A model generated the notes under the pieces. It was not told the origin of the DNA. It did not search any database and worked only from the letters and a program-made list of their open reading frames with translations. Positions 16,301 to 24,000 of a stretch of 24,000 nt of DNA are shown here, piece by piece (the first letter of the stretch is position 1; each line of letters begins with the position of its first letter). A program made the position numbers and the translations under genes. This DNA is from an uncultured archaeon (GTDB taxonomy: Archaea > Nanobdellota > Nanobdellia > Pacearchaeales > GW2011-AR1). The stretch lies in assembly GCA_902386025.1 (NCBI GenBank), contig CABMHR010000002.1:127596-151595 (forward strand). Reading direction: 5' to 3'.

Positions 16301-17173
16301 ATGAATAAAAAGAAAGTGATGGACAAAAACGGACAATTTTTTCTTATAGGGGCAATTGTTATAATCGTTGTTATTGTCAGTATTGTTACAATTTCAAATT
16401 ACACGCAGAAAAAAGACATAGTCAAGCTTTATGACTTGGGGCAGGAGCTTGGAATTGAAAGCCAGCAGGTTTTGGATTATGGAACATACAGCCAGCTTGA
16501 TGATGCGCAGATGAAAGTGCTGATGCAAAATTTTATCCAGAATTATGTAAATTATGTGAAAGAAGAAAAAAATATTTATTTTGTATACGGAAACAAGAAT
16601 GAAGTCAATGCAATTGGATATCAGCAGTTGAGCAGCGAACCTGTTTGCATAAAGTTAAATGCTGAAGCAAAGAGCCCTGTATGCGGAGACGGAATTGTCA
16701 ATCAAAACAGCGAAGAATGCGACGACGGAAATTCTGACAGCCTTGACGGATGCTCTTCTGAATGCAAGCTTGAAAAATACAATGCTTATTCTTCTTCAGA
16801 AGAAAATGACAATAACAAATGCGGGGATGGAATTATTGACAAAAGCGACGGAGAATACTGCGATACAAAGGAGTTAAACCTCAAAACATGCATTTCACTT
16901 GGATTTGCTTCTGGGACATTAAAATGCGTTGACTGCGGATTTGATGCAACTAACTGTATCAAACCAGAAGAGCCAGAATGTGTAAGCTTAACGATAGGAG
17001 AAACACAAACATTCCCTGCAGGAACTTCTGAAGGAATAAGCACAGTAGTAATAAGAATAGATGTAACAGAATACCAATTCAGATTAAAGGAAGGTGAAAA
17101 TTTCTATTTTATAATATGGCAGAAGATTGGAGGAGAAAAACACGTTGTCACCAGTGAAGAGACTCAACCTTAA
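16301..17173 (+). CDS. Pilin-like protein with Cys-rich DUF4215/myxo-disulfide-like repeats
   Basis: N-terminal KNGQFFLIGAIVIIVVIVSIVTIS hydrophobic helix. CGDGIVNQNSEECDDGNSDSLDGCSSECK is followed by a second CGDGIIDKSDGEYCD... segment. Confidence 0.75.
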   Translation: MNKKKVMDKNGQFFLIGAIVIIVVIVSIVTISNYTQKKDIVKLYDLGQELGIESQQVLDYGTYSQLDDAQMKVLMQNFIQNYVNYVKEEKNIYFVYGNKNEVNAIGYQQLSSEPVCIKLNAEAKSPVCGDGIVNQNSEECDDGNSDSLDGCSSECKLEKYNAYSSSEENDNNKCGDGIIDKSDGEYCDTKELNLKTCISLGFASGTLKCVDCGFDATNCIKPEEPECVSLTIGETQTFPAGTSEGISTVVIRIDVTEYQFRLKEGENFYFIIWQKIGGEKHVVTSEETQP

Positions 17174-17720
17174 TAAGAAAGGGCTGAGCGTAGTAATCGG
17201 ATATGTCTTGCTGATGGCAATTTCAATAGTGATGAGCCTTTTAGTCTATCAGTGGATAAAAACATATGTTCCAAAAGAAGCTTTAGCCTGCTCTGACGGA
17301 ACTTCTCTTTTTATAAAATCTGTAAGCTATAACTGCGATTCAAGAATCCTGCAGATAACCTTAAAAAACAACGGAAAATTTGGAATTGACGGCTATTTCA
17401 TTTATGCTTCAAATAAAGAAGGAGATGAACTGGCAACAATAGATTTATCTTCTAATCTCCAGACTTCAAGCGACAAGGAAAAAGCAATAAAACTTTCTGC
17501 AAATTCTATCAGATTTGTCGGATTGGAAAATCCTGCTCTGGAAAATTTCCTGCTTCCTGGAAACAGCCAGGCAAATTCATTCAGCATACCTGCAGAATAT
17601 GGAACGCTTAAAAAAATAGAAATAGTCCCAACAAGAATACAGGAATCAGACAATCAAAAGAGAACTGTAAGCTGTTCGGATTCAAAAGTCAGCGAGGTAT
17701 TAACCTGCAGCACAAATTAA
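17127..17720 (+). CDS. Archaeal type IV pilin/archaellin-like protein
   Basis: LNLNKKGLSVVIGYVLLMAISIVMSLLVYQWIKTYVPK class III-like signal and N-terminal helix. The start codon is uncertain because the ORF overlaps its upstream neighbour by 47 bp. Confidence 0.78.
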   Translation: MEEKNTLSPVKRLNLNKKGLSVVIGYVLLMAISIVMSLLVYQWIKTYVPKEALACSDGTSLFIKSVSYNCDSRILQITLKNNGKFGIDGYFIYASNKEGDELATIDLSSNLQTSSDKEKAIKLSANSIRFVGLENPALENFLLPGNSQANSFSIPAEYGTLKKIEIVPTRIQESDNQKRTVSCSDSKVSEVLTCSTN

Positions 17721-17765
17721 ACAAAGAGTTTAAAAATAATATTAACATAGATATCCTATAAAAAG

Positions 17766-18242
17766 ATGGTGGAAAAGATGAGAATTAAAAAAGGGAAAAA
17801 AGGGCTGTCTCCTATAATTACAACTGTCCTGCTTATCACGCTTACAATTGTTATTATTGCAATAGTATTTTTATGGTTTAGGGGGATGGTTCAGGAAGGA
17901 ATTACAAAATTCGGAAAGAATATTCAGCTGGTATGCAACGATGTGCAGTTTGATGCAAGCTACAGCAGCGGAACAGTAAATATAGTAAATAATGGGAATG
18001 TCCCCCTTTACAGAATTAACATAAAAACCTCGTCGAGCGGAGGAAGTTATCTTACAAAAGATATAAAGGATTTGAGTGATTCTTGGCCAACTACTGGACT
18101 TAAGCAGGGAGGAACTTTCTCTGCTGCATTAAATCTTGAAAACCCAACAAAGATAACATTATTCCCTGTTTTAATCGGAACGTCAACAAGCGGAAAAAAG
18201 ACTTTTGTATGCGAGGGGCAGTATGGCAAGGATGTTTTATAA
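17766..18242 (+). CDS. Archaeal type IV pilin/archaellin-like protein
   Basis: KKGKKGLSPIITTVLLITLTIVIIAIVFLWFRG N-terminal pilin signature. Confidence 0.85.
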   Translation: MVEKMRIKKGKKGLSPIITTVLLITLTIVIIAIVFLWFRGMVQEGITKFGKNIQLVCNDVQFDASYSSGTVNIVNNGNVPLYRINIKTSSSGGSYLTKDIKDLSDSWPTTGLKQGGTFSAALNLENPTKITLFPVLIGTSTSGKKTFVCEGQYGKDVL

Positions 18243-18750
18243 AAGAAAAAACGGGCTTTCCACAATTGTTGTCACAATGATTCTTATTGCTTTAAGCCTT
18301 GCAGCAATTGCCCTCGTATGGGGATTTGTCAGCAATATGATAAACGGGCAGATTAAAAACAGCGAAGCCTGCTTTGGAAATTACAACAAAGTCCAGATTA
18401 ATCCCCAATATACCTGCTATGAAACAACAAACAATGTGAATTACAATTTGAGATTCTCCTTGAGCGTCGGAGATGTCAGTGTTGACAAAATAATTGTTTC
18501 TGTATCTTCTGCAAGTGCAACAAAAAGCTACACAATAACTAATTCCGCAAGTTCTGTAAGCGGACTTGAAATGTATCCAAATGCAGGAGATGGAAAAGTT
18601 ATTGCCCCAGATAAAAATTCAGGATTGACTTACAAGGCAACAGGATTTGGAAGCATAGATTCCATAAAAATCGCCCCTGTTCTTGGAGGAACCCAGTGTG
18701 ATGTTTCTGATTCAATTACTGAAATAGGAGATTGTTCCCTTATGGTTTAA
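18232..18750 (+). CDS. Archaeal type IV pilin/archaellin-like protein
   Basis: Track ORF starts at 18205; the start MFYKRKNGLSTIVVTMILIALSLAAIALVWGFV at 18232 fits the pilin signal better. Confidence 0.82.
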   Translation: MFYKRKNGLSTIVVTMILIALSLAAIALVWGFVSNMINGQIKNSEACFGNYNKVQINPQYTCYETTNNVNYNLRFSLSVGDVSVDKIIVSVSSASATKSYTITNSASSVSGLEMYPNAGDGKVIAPDKNSGLTYKATGFGSIDSIKIAPVLGGTQCDVSDSITEIGDCSLMV

Positions 18751-18755
18751 GTCAG

Positions 18756-18775
18756 CATTAGTTATTTAAATTAAA
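18756..18775 (+). repeat. 20-bp direct repeat, copy 1: cattagttatttaaattaaa
   Basis: Exact match to 19900..19919. The two copies flank the 18818..19792 gene. Confidence 0.9.
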
Positions 18776-18817
18776 ACTTTAGAAAAAGTTAAATTTAATA
18801 TAAAAATATTTTATTGT

Positions 18818-19792
18818 TTAAAATAACCTTATATTCTGATAACTAACTTTTTCTCCGTCTACTGTAAGAATACCAGTATGCCCGATATCAAGATAACCTG
18901 AATTCCAAAATAATTCATTAACTAATTCTCCTTCATTAACATGATTTCCCTTTCTGTCATTAGCTCTGTGACTTGATTCATGAAAATGCCCTGTAACTGA
19001 TTTTCTAATTCCTAATTCTTCATATAAATTTTTTAAATCTTCATTACCCCTATTTTCTTTTTTAAGTTGAACTGGATAACCTGCTTTAACTATCTGTGGA
19101 GCAATCTGGATGGGGTAAACTGAACCTTTCCTTACTGTTTCTCCTTTGTAATTGAAATCTTCCATTGCTTCTCCAAATTCAGCCATATCAACGCAAGTTT
19201 CTAATCCGCTAAATTTTCTTGGAACATGACAGATTACTATTGTTTTTTCAGGAGCAGTTACTAATCTCTTTAAGTCATTTATATTTGAATATTGCATTGC
19301 AACCTTGACTAATTTTTGATTGATTGCAGAAACATATTGCTCAAGGTTATCAAATCTTAATAATCCTTTTTCTGTTTGGATATATCTTCCACTAGATATT
19401 TCTTCATTACTTCCTATTTGATATTCTCCCCCACAAAGAAAATCAGAACCGGGTAAAAATACCAACTGATGTCCATTCTGATTAACCTGAGAGATTCTTT
19501 GAGTATCAAATATATTATTATATTCTTCTGCAAAATAATCTATAACGGGTCCATATGCCAATAAAGTTTCATGGCTTCCTGGTTGGACAAATGATTCCAA
19601 GCCACTTTTTCCGATTGAATCAAGAATAAATGAAATATAATTTTGACTATCCTGAAGAGTTCTTTGCTGATTTCCAATATCTCCATTAACTAAGAGTTTT
19701 TGTGCACCTTGTTTTTTTAATGCTTCAATTGCAAGAGGAACAATTCTAGGGTCTTGATGAACATCTGAAATTACTCCATATTTTGTTTTCAT
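18818..19792 (-). CDS. Calcineurin-like metallophosphoesterase
   Basis: 324 aa. GVISDVHQDPR, LLVNGDIGN, PGSHE, ICHVPRK and VTGHFHESSH metal-ligand-type motifs. Confidence 0.88.
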   Translation of the reverse strand: MKTKYGVISDVHQDPRIVPLAIEALKKQGAQKLLVNGDIGNQQRTLQDSQNYISFILDSIGKSGLESFVQPGSHETLLAYGPVIDYFAEEYNNIFDTQRISQVNQNGHQLVFLPGSDFLCGGEYQIGSNEEISSGRYIQTEKGLLRFDNLEQYVSAINQKLVKVAMQYSNINDLKRLVTAPEKTIVICHVPRKFSGLETCVDMAEFGEAMEDFNYKGETVRKGSVYPIQIAPQIVKAGYPVQLKKENRGNEDLKNLYEELGIRKSVTGHFHESSHRANDRKGNHVNEGELVNELFWNSGYLDIGHTGILTVDGEKVSYQNIRLF

Positions 19793-19899
19793 AATAAGAA
19801 ATAAAAATAAGATTATTTAAATATTCCTATTAGTGTGTAATTTAATAGTGATTACATCTGATAAATAGAACTTTTGGGATTTAAGATAATTAACTATTA

Positions 19900-19919
19900 C
19901 ATTAGTTATTTAAATTAAA
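19900..19919 (+). repeat. 20-bp direct repeat, copy 2: cattagttatttaaattaaa
   Basis: Exact match to 18756..18775. It lies in the putative promoter of the downstream pilin-like gene. Confidence 0.9.
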
Positions 19920-19935
19920 TTTTACTTGTTATTCT

Positions 19936-20478
19936 ATGAAAAAAAAGGTGATGAAAAATAGATTTGGACAGGTGTGGATAGAAACAGTAATTTACACTCT
20001 TATTGCATTTGTTATGATTGGGCTCGTGCTGTCTTTTGCACAGCCGAAAATTCAGGAGCTTCAGGATAGGGCAATTCTCCAGCAGTCTACTGATATGATG
20101 AAGCAGATAGATTCAACAATCTTGACAATGGGAGCAACAGGAAACCAGAGAATATTTGAGATAGGAATGAAAAAAGGAAATTTAATAATAGACGGCGTGC
20201 ACGAAAAGATTATTTTTGAGATGGACAGCAAAAGCGTATACAGCGAACCTGGAAAAGTTGTTGAAGACGGGAGCATAGATGTCCTTACTGAAAAAAAAAG
20301 CGGGGGCAATTTTGTTACATTAACAAGAGATTACAGCGAAAGCTACAATCTGGAATTTAACGGAGTTGACAATCAAATGAAGACAATAACTCCTGCATCA
20401 AATTCCTACAAATTATCAATAGAAAATAAAGGGCAGGATGCGAATGGAAAAATAATCCTTGACATAACCCTTGAATAA
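19936..20478 (+). CDS. Pilin-like protein with class III-like N-terminus
   Basis: 180 aa with MKNRFGQVWIETVIYTLIAFVMIGLVLSFAQPKIQEL. Confidence 0.75.
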   Translation: MKKKVMKNRFGQVWIETVIYTLIAFVMIGLVLSFAQPKIQELQDRAILQQSTDMMKQIDSTILTMGATGNQRIFEIGMKKGNLIIDGVHEKIIFEMDSKSVYSEPGKVVEDGSIDVLTEKKSGGNFVTLTRDYSESYNLEFNGVDNQMKTITPASNSYKLSIENKGQDANGKIILDITLE

Positions 20479-20489
20479 GAGAAATCAAA

Positions 20490-22031
20490 ATGAATATTGA
20501 ACAATATGAAAAAGTAAAAATAGACTTTCATCCGAAAGTTCCGCCACTTGAAAAGGTGAAAGATAAAACGCAGGTGGATGTAAGATACTGCGTCATCTCC
20601 CCATTTGCATTTATCCATATTCACTGGGATGAAAAAATCTACGAGCTTGTCTATGATATAGAAGAGCCGATTTTAAATGACGAAGAAAAATCATACAGGG
20701 AGCAGCTGACAGAAGCAATAGAGGATTTGATAAATTTCGAGGAAGTAATTGACAGGAATGAAGAAAAACTTTTGGAATATATTGACAAAAGGCTGAGGAT
20801 TCTTGCGGTTGAATTTGGAATTGATATGTCATATGATTCTTACAAGAAAATATATTATTATCTGTGCAGGGATTTTCTTGGTGTAAATGAAATAGAGCCA
20901 ATATTGCGCGATTATTTTGTTGAAGATGCAGAATGCAACGGGCTGAACAGCTCTGTTTACATTGTTCACAGAATTTTCAGGAATATAAAGACAAACATAA
21001 TTTTCAGGGATGCTGCAAAACTTGAGAGCCTTGTTGAAAAGCTAGCACAAAGATGCGGAAAGCATATTTCTTATGCGGATCCCATATTGGATGGAACACT
21101 TCCTGACGGGAGCAGAGTAAACGCAACTTATACTGCAGACATAACAAGCAAGGGACCCACATTCACAATAAGAAAATTCACAGCAGAACCCTGGACTCCC
21201 CCACAATTAATTTCGTTTAGAACATTAAGCCCAGAAATGCTTGCTTATTTGTGGATACTCGTTCAGTATAAAATGAATATTTTAATAACAGGAGGAACAG
21301 CATCGGGAAAAACAACCCTTCTGAATGCAATAGCATTTTTCATTCCGCCTGAAGCAAGAGTTGTAAGCATTGAAGATACAAGAGAATTAAATCTCCCAAG
21401 AGACAACTGGCTTCCAAGCGTCGCGAGAGGCTCGACAGGAAATAAGAAAGAAAATGAAGTAACCCTGTTCACATTATTAAGAGCATCTTTCAGGCAAACT
21501 CCCGATTACGTAATTGTTGGTGAAGTAAGAGGAACAGAAGCATCTGTATTATTTCAGGGAATGGCTTCTGGACATTCATCAATCAGCACGATGCACTCTG
21601 ATTCTGTCGACACTTTGATAAAGAGGCTGGAAACTCCTCCGATAGAACTTTCCCCAACTCTTCTAAATGTTCTTGACTGCGTCTGCATTATGACTCACGC
21701 AGTTGTAAACAAGGAAGAGACAAGAAAGTTGAGGGAGATTGTTGAGATAGTAAATGTTGATGCAGAAGGTGTTGCTACAATAAATACTCCTTTCTCGTGG
21801 AACCCAAATGACGACAAATTTTACATTCAAAAAAACAGCAAAGTATTTGACAAGATATCTGGAAGATATGGAATAAAGACAGAAGAGCTGAATGCAGAAT
21901 TAAAAAGAAGAGCGCAGGTAATCTACCAAATGTATAAGAGGAAGATATTAAAATTTGAGGAAGTTCAGGAAATGATAAACAAGTATTATAAAAAACCTGA
22001 TGAAGTATTAAAAGAATTAGGGGTTCAATAG
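20490..22031 (+). CDS. Type II/IV secretion system ATPase (PilB/ArlI/TadA-like)
   Basis: 513 aa. Walker A ILITGGTASGKTTLLNA, SIEDTRELNLP, DYVIVGEVRGTEASVLFQGMASGHSSISTMHSDSVDTLIKRLE. Confidence 0.95.
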   Translation: MNIEQYEKVKIDFHPKVPPLEKVKDKTQVDVRYCVISPFAFIHIHWDEKIYELVYDIEEPILNDEEKSYREQLTEAIEDLINFEEVIDRNEEKLLEYIDKRLRILAVEFGIDMSYDSYKKIYYYLCRDFLGVNEIEPILRDYFVEDAECNGLNSSVYIVHRIFRNIKTNIIFRDAAKLESLVEKLAQRCGKHISYADPILDGTLPDGSRVNATYTADITSKGPTFTIRKFTAEPWTPPQLISFRTLSPEMLAYLWILVQYKMNILITGGTASGKTTLLNAIAFFIPPEARVVSIEDTRELNLPRDNWLPSVARGSTGNKKENEVTLFTLLRASFRQTPDYVIVGEVRGTEASVLFQGMASGHSSISTMHSDSVDTLIKRLETPPIELSPTLLNVLDCVCIMTHAVVNKEETRKLREIVEIVNVDAEGVATINTPFSWNPNDDKFYIQKNSKVFDKISGRYGIKTEELNAELKRRAQVIYQMYKRKILKFEEVQEMINKYYKKPDEVLKELGVQ

Positions 22032-22037
22032 TTAAAA

Positions 22038-22202
22038 ATGAACAGGGAAGATATTTTATTTCTTAACCAGCTTATAAAATCGCTGGGCGAATCAGGAGAT
22101 ATGATGGAGCAAAGCTACAAAAAAGGAGATTATGAAAATTTCAACAAATCAAAAAAGATAATGCTCAGAATCCAGAAGGAGATTTCTGATGCAATAAAAT
22201 GA
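22038..22202 (+). CDS. Small charged protein, 54 aa, between ATPase and platform gene; not in the supplied track
   Basis: ATG...TGA encodes MNREDILFLNQLIKSLGESGDMMEQSYKKGDYENFNKSKKIMLRIQKEISDAIK. Its stop overlaps the next start (ATGA). Confidence 0.7.
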   Translation: MNREDILFLNQLIKSLGESGDMMEQSYKKGDYENFNKSKKIMLRIQKEISDAIK

Positions 22203-23494
22203 CAGAAGAAAATATCAGGAATATAAAAGAATCTGTGTTCAGGGAGAAAAAGATAGCGAATGAATTTGCTTTACTGGTTGCTTCTCTTGAAAATGCAGAC
22301 AGCGAGCAGGAAAAGAAAATGATTAACAGCCAGCTGGAAAAATTGAAAATTTCCTTGAGGAATGCAAACAGCGAACTGCTGAGAAATCTTGAAGAGACAG
22401 GAATGACTGCCCCCTTGACAAGAAGCCAGCCAGAAGCCAGCAAGATTGCTTCAAAACCAGAGAAGATTGCAATAAAATCAAAAGTTAAATCAGAAGATAA
22501 TCTGCCTGAATTGGACAAAGAGGTTTTGAAGAGATTAAGAAAGAAAAAAGGGAAGAAGATTGTTGAGAAAAAAGAAAAGACAAAAAACAAGTATTTTGAA
22601 ATTGCAAGCAACTTGTTTTCCAATACTGCAAAATCTCTGATAAAACAAAAAAGATTCAAGAAACTTGGGGAAGATTTGATTAAATCAAATCTTGATTATA
22701 ATTTAATAAGCTATATTTCAGTAATGCTCCTGAACATTGCTGTTGCACTTGCTATTGCATTTTTCCTTTTTATCTTCCTGTTATTTTTTAATTTAAGCCC
22801 AACTCTCCCGATAATCTCAAGGGCAACAGGAAGCATTGGAATAAGATTTCTTGAAACCTTCTGGCTTTTGCTTGTAGCTCCTGGTGCAACATTTATTTTT
22901 ATGTATTTTTATCCTTCTTTGGAAAAAAAATCAATTGAGGGAAAAATAGAAGCTGAACTTCCCTTTGCAGTAATCCATATGTCTGCTATTTCTGGCTCAA
23001 TGATAGATCCGACAAAAATATTCAGCATAATATCATCCACAAAAGAATATCCTCATCTTGAAAAAGAATTCAATAAACTGATGAATGAAATAAATATTTA
23101 CGGATATGACTTGGTAACTGCATTAAAAGAGTCTGCATTAAACAGCCCGAGCCAAAAACTTGCAGAGTTGTTCAACGGGCTTGCAACAACAATAACTTCA
23201 GGAGGAAATATGTATGAATTTTTTGAAAAAAGAGCGCAGAGTCTTCTGTTCGACTACCGCCTTGACAGAGAGAAAAGCACAAAAACTGCAGAAACATTTA
23301 TGGATATTTATATCAGTGTTGTAATTGCTGCACCTATGATTTTAATGCTTCTTCTAATGATGATGAAGATAAGCGGGCTTGGCGTTTCCTTAAGCACATC
23401 TACAATAACCCTTCTCGTTGTTGGAGGAGTATCTTTGATAAATGTATTATTCCTTGTATTCCTTCAAATAAAACAGCAGTCAACAGGAGGATAA
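22199..23494 (+). CDS. Type II secretion F-domain / ArlJ-TadB-like membrane platform protein
   Basis: 431 aa. PFAVIHMSAISGSMIDPTKIFSII...EFNKLMNEINIYGYDLVTALKESALNSPSQKLAELFNGLATTITSGGNMYEFFEKRA, with multiple TM helices. Confidence 0.88.
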   Translation: MTEENIRNIKESVFREKKIANEFALLVASLENADSEQEKKMINSQLEKLKISLRNANSELLRNLEETGMTAPLTRSQPEASKIASKPEKIAIKSKVKSEDNLPELDKEVLKRLRKKKGKKIVEKKEKTKNKYFEIASNLFSNTAKSLIKQKRFKKLGEDLIKSNLDYNLISYISVMLLNIAVALAIAFFLFIFLLFFNLSPTLPIISRATGSIGIRFLETFWLLLVAPGATFIFMYFYPSLEKKSIEGKIEAELPFAVIHMSAISGSMIDPTKIFSIISSTKEYPHLEKEFNKLMNEINIYGYDLVTALKESALNSPSQKLAELFNGLATTITSGGNMYEFFEKRAQSLLFDYRLDREKSTKTAETFMDIYISVVIAAPMILMLLLMMMKISGLGVSLSTSTITLLVVGGVSLINVLFLVFLQIKQQSTGG

Positions 23495-23497
23495 AAT

Positions 23498-24000
23498 ATG
23501 GAGTTAAAAAAAATTCACTTTTTTGGAATAATAGCAGGAGTTATAGTTATTGGATTGTCTTTCGCATTTTTAAAAACGCAATTTTTCTTTTTTATAATAT
23601 GGCTTGGAATACTGACAGGAGTTTTTCCCTTTGTGCTGACTACAATTCAAAAAAACAGAATATCGCAGGAGAAAGAAATTATGTTTCTGGAATTCACAAG
23701 AAATCTTGTGGAAAGTGTTGAAACAGGAACATCAATAAGCAAGAGCCTTGTGAATCTTAAGAAAAAATCATTTGGGAGTTTGAGCAAGCATGTAGAAAAG
23801 CTGGCAAATCAAATTTCTATGGGAATCCCCCTTAAAACTGCGCTGGAAATATTTGCAAAAGATGTTGACAATAAAACAGTATCAAGAACAATAACTTTAA
23901 TCGGACAGGCAGAGAGAGCAGGGGGAAACATAGGGCAAATTCTTGAATCTGTAGCAAAAGCAGTAAGCACTACAGACAAGCTGAAAAAAGAAAGAGAGTC
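23498..24000 (+). CDS. Second T2SS F-domain / TadC-like platform protein, truncated by the window
   Basis: Starts after SD-like 'aggaggataaaat'. MELKKIHFFGIIAGVIVIGLSFAFL...FLEFTRNLVESVETGTSISKSLVNLKKKSFGSLSKHVEKLANQISMGIPLKTALEIFAKDVDNKTVSRTITLIGQAERAGGNIGQIL... continues past the window end. Confidence 0.88.
   Translation, partial: MELKKIHFFGIIAGVIVIGLSFAFLKTQFFFFIIWLGILTGVFPFVLTTIQKNRISQEKEIMFLEFTRNLVESVETGTSISKSLVNLKKKSFGSLSKHVEKLANQISMGIPLKTALEIFAKDVDNKTVSRTITLIGQAERAGGNIGQILESVAKAVSTTDKLKKERE

Noticed and set aside
16124-16336. 70-aa minus-strand ORF
   Set aside because: Overlaps the SRP RNA core and the start of the pilin-like gene; better explained as chance.
18776-18815. Transposon end or inverted repeat near the phosphoesterase gene
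   Set aside because: Only a weak AT-rich hairpin (aacttt-aga-aaaagtt), more like a terminator. No transposase or terminal inverted repeats were seen.
20665-21472. Additional small minus-strand ORFs (e.g. 20611..20901, 21263..21472)
   Set aside because: Antisense to the strongly supported secretion ATPase, with no family signatures.
22165-22659. 164-aa minus-strand ORF, Phe/Ser-rich and hydrophobic-looking
   Set aside because: Antisense to the start of the platform protein gene, whose same-frame motifs and ATGA coupling support the plus strand.

Overview
This 24 kb window looks like an archaeal chromosome, probably a DPANN-type lineage such as Woesearchaeota or Pacearchaeota; that lineage call is inferred from gene content. 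Recognisable housekeeping genes are dtdA-type D-aminoacyl-tRNA deacylase, diphthine synthase (dphB), ileS, argS, ribose-phosphate pyrophosphokinase (prs), a TrmB-family regulator, an FTR-like small iron-sulfur protein and an intron-containing tRNA-Leu(UAA). A stretch at about 15975-16205 has the hallmarks of archaeal SRP (7S) RNA and is absent from the ORF track. Surface or envelope genes occupy 11.2-15.8 kb: a thermonuclease with a lamin-tail-like domain, two lipoprotein-like proteins and a secreted WWDKN protein. A type IV pilus/archaellum-like cluster occupies 16.3-24 kb: several pilin-like proteins, a secretion ATPase and two membrane platform proteins, the last truncated by the window. 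The main items for follow-up are a strictly periodic 12-unit decapeptide-repeat protein, an archaeal GGDEF protein with an intact-looking I-site, an IleRS with an altered HIGH motif (ALHH), an SRP RNA with an atypical helix 8 loop, a reverse-oriented phosphoesterase gene flanked by 20-bp direct repeats inside the pilus region, and an 84-bp perfect repeat inside a lipoprotein gene. I found no CRISPR array, transposase or recognisable defence system.
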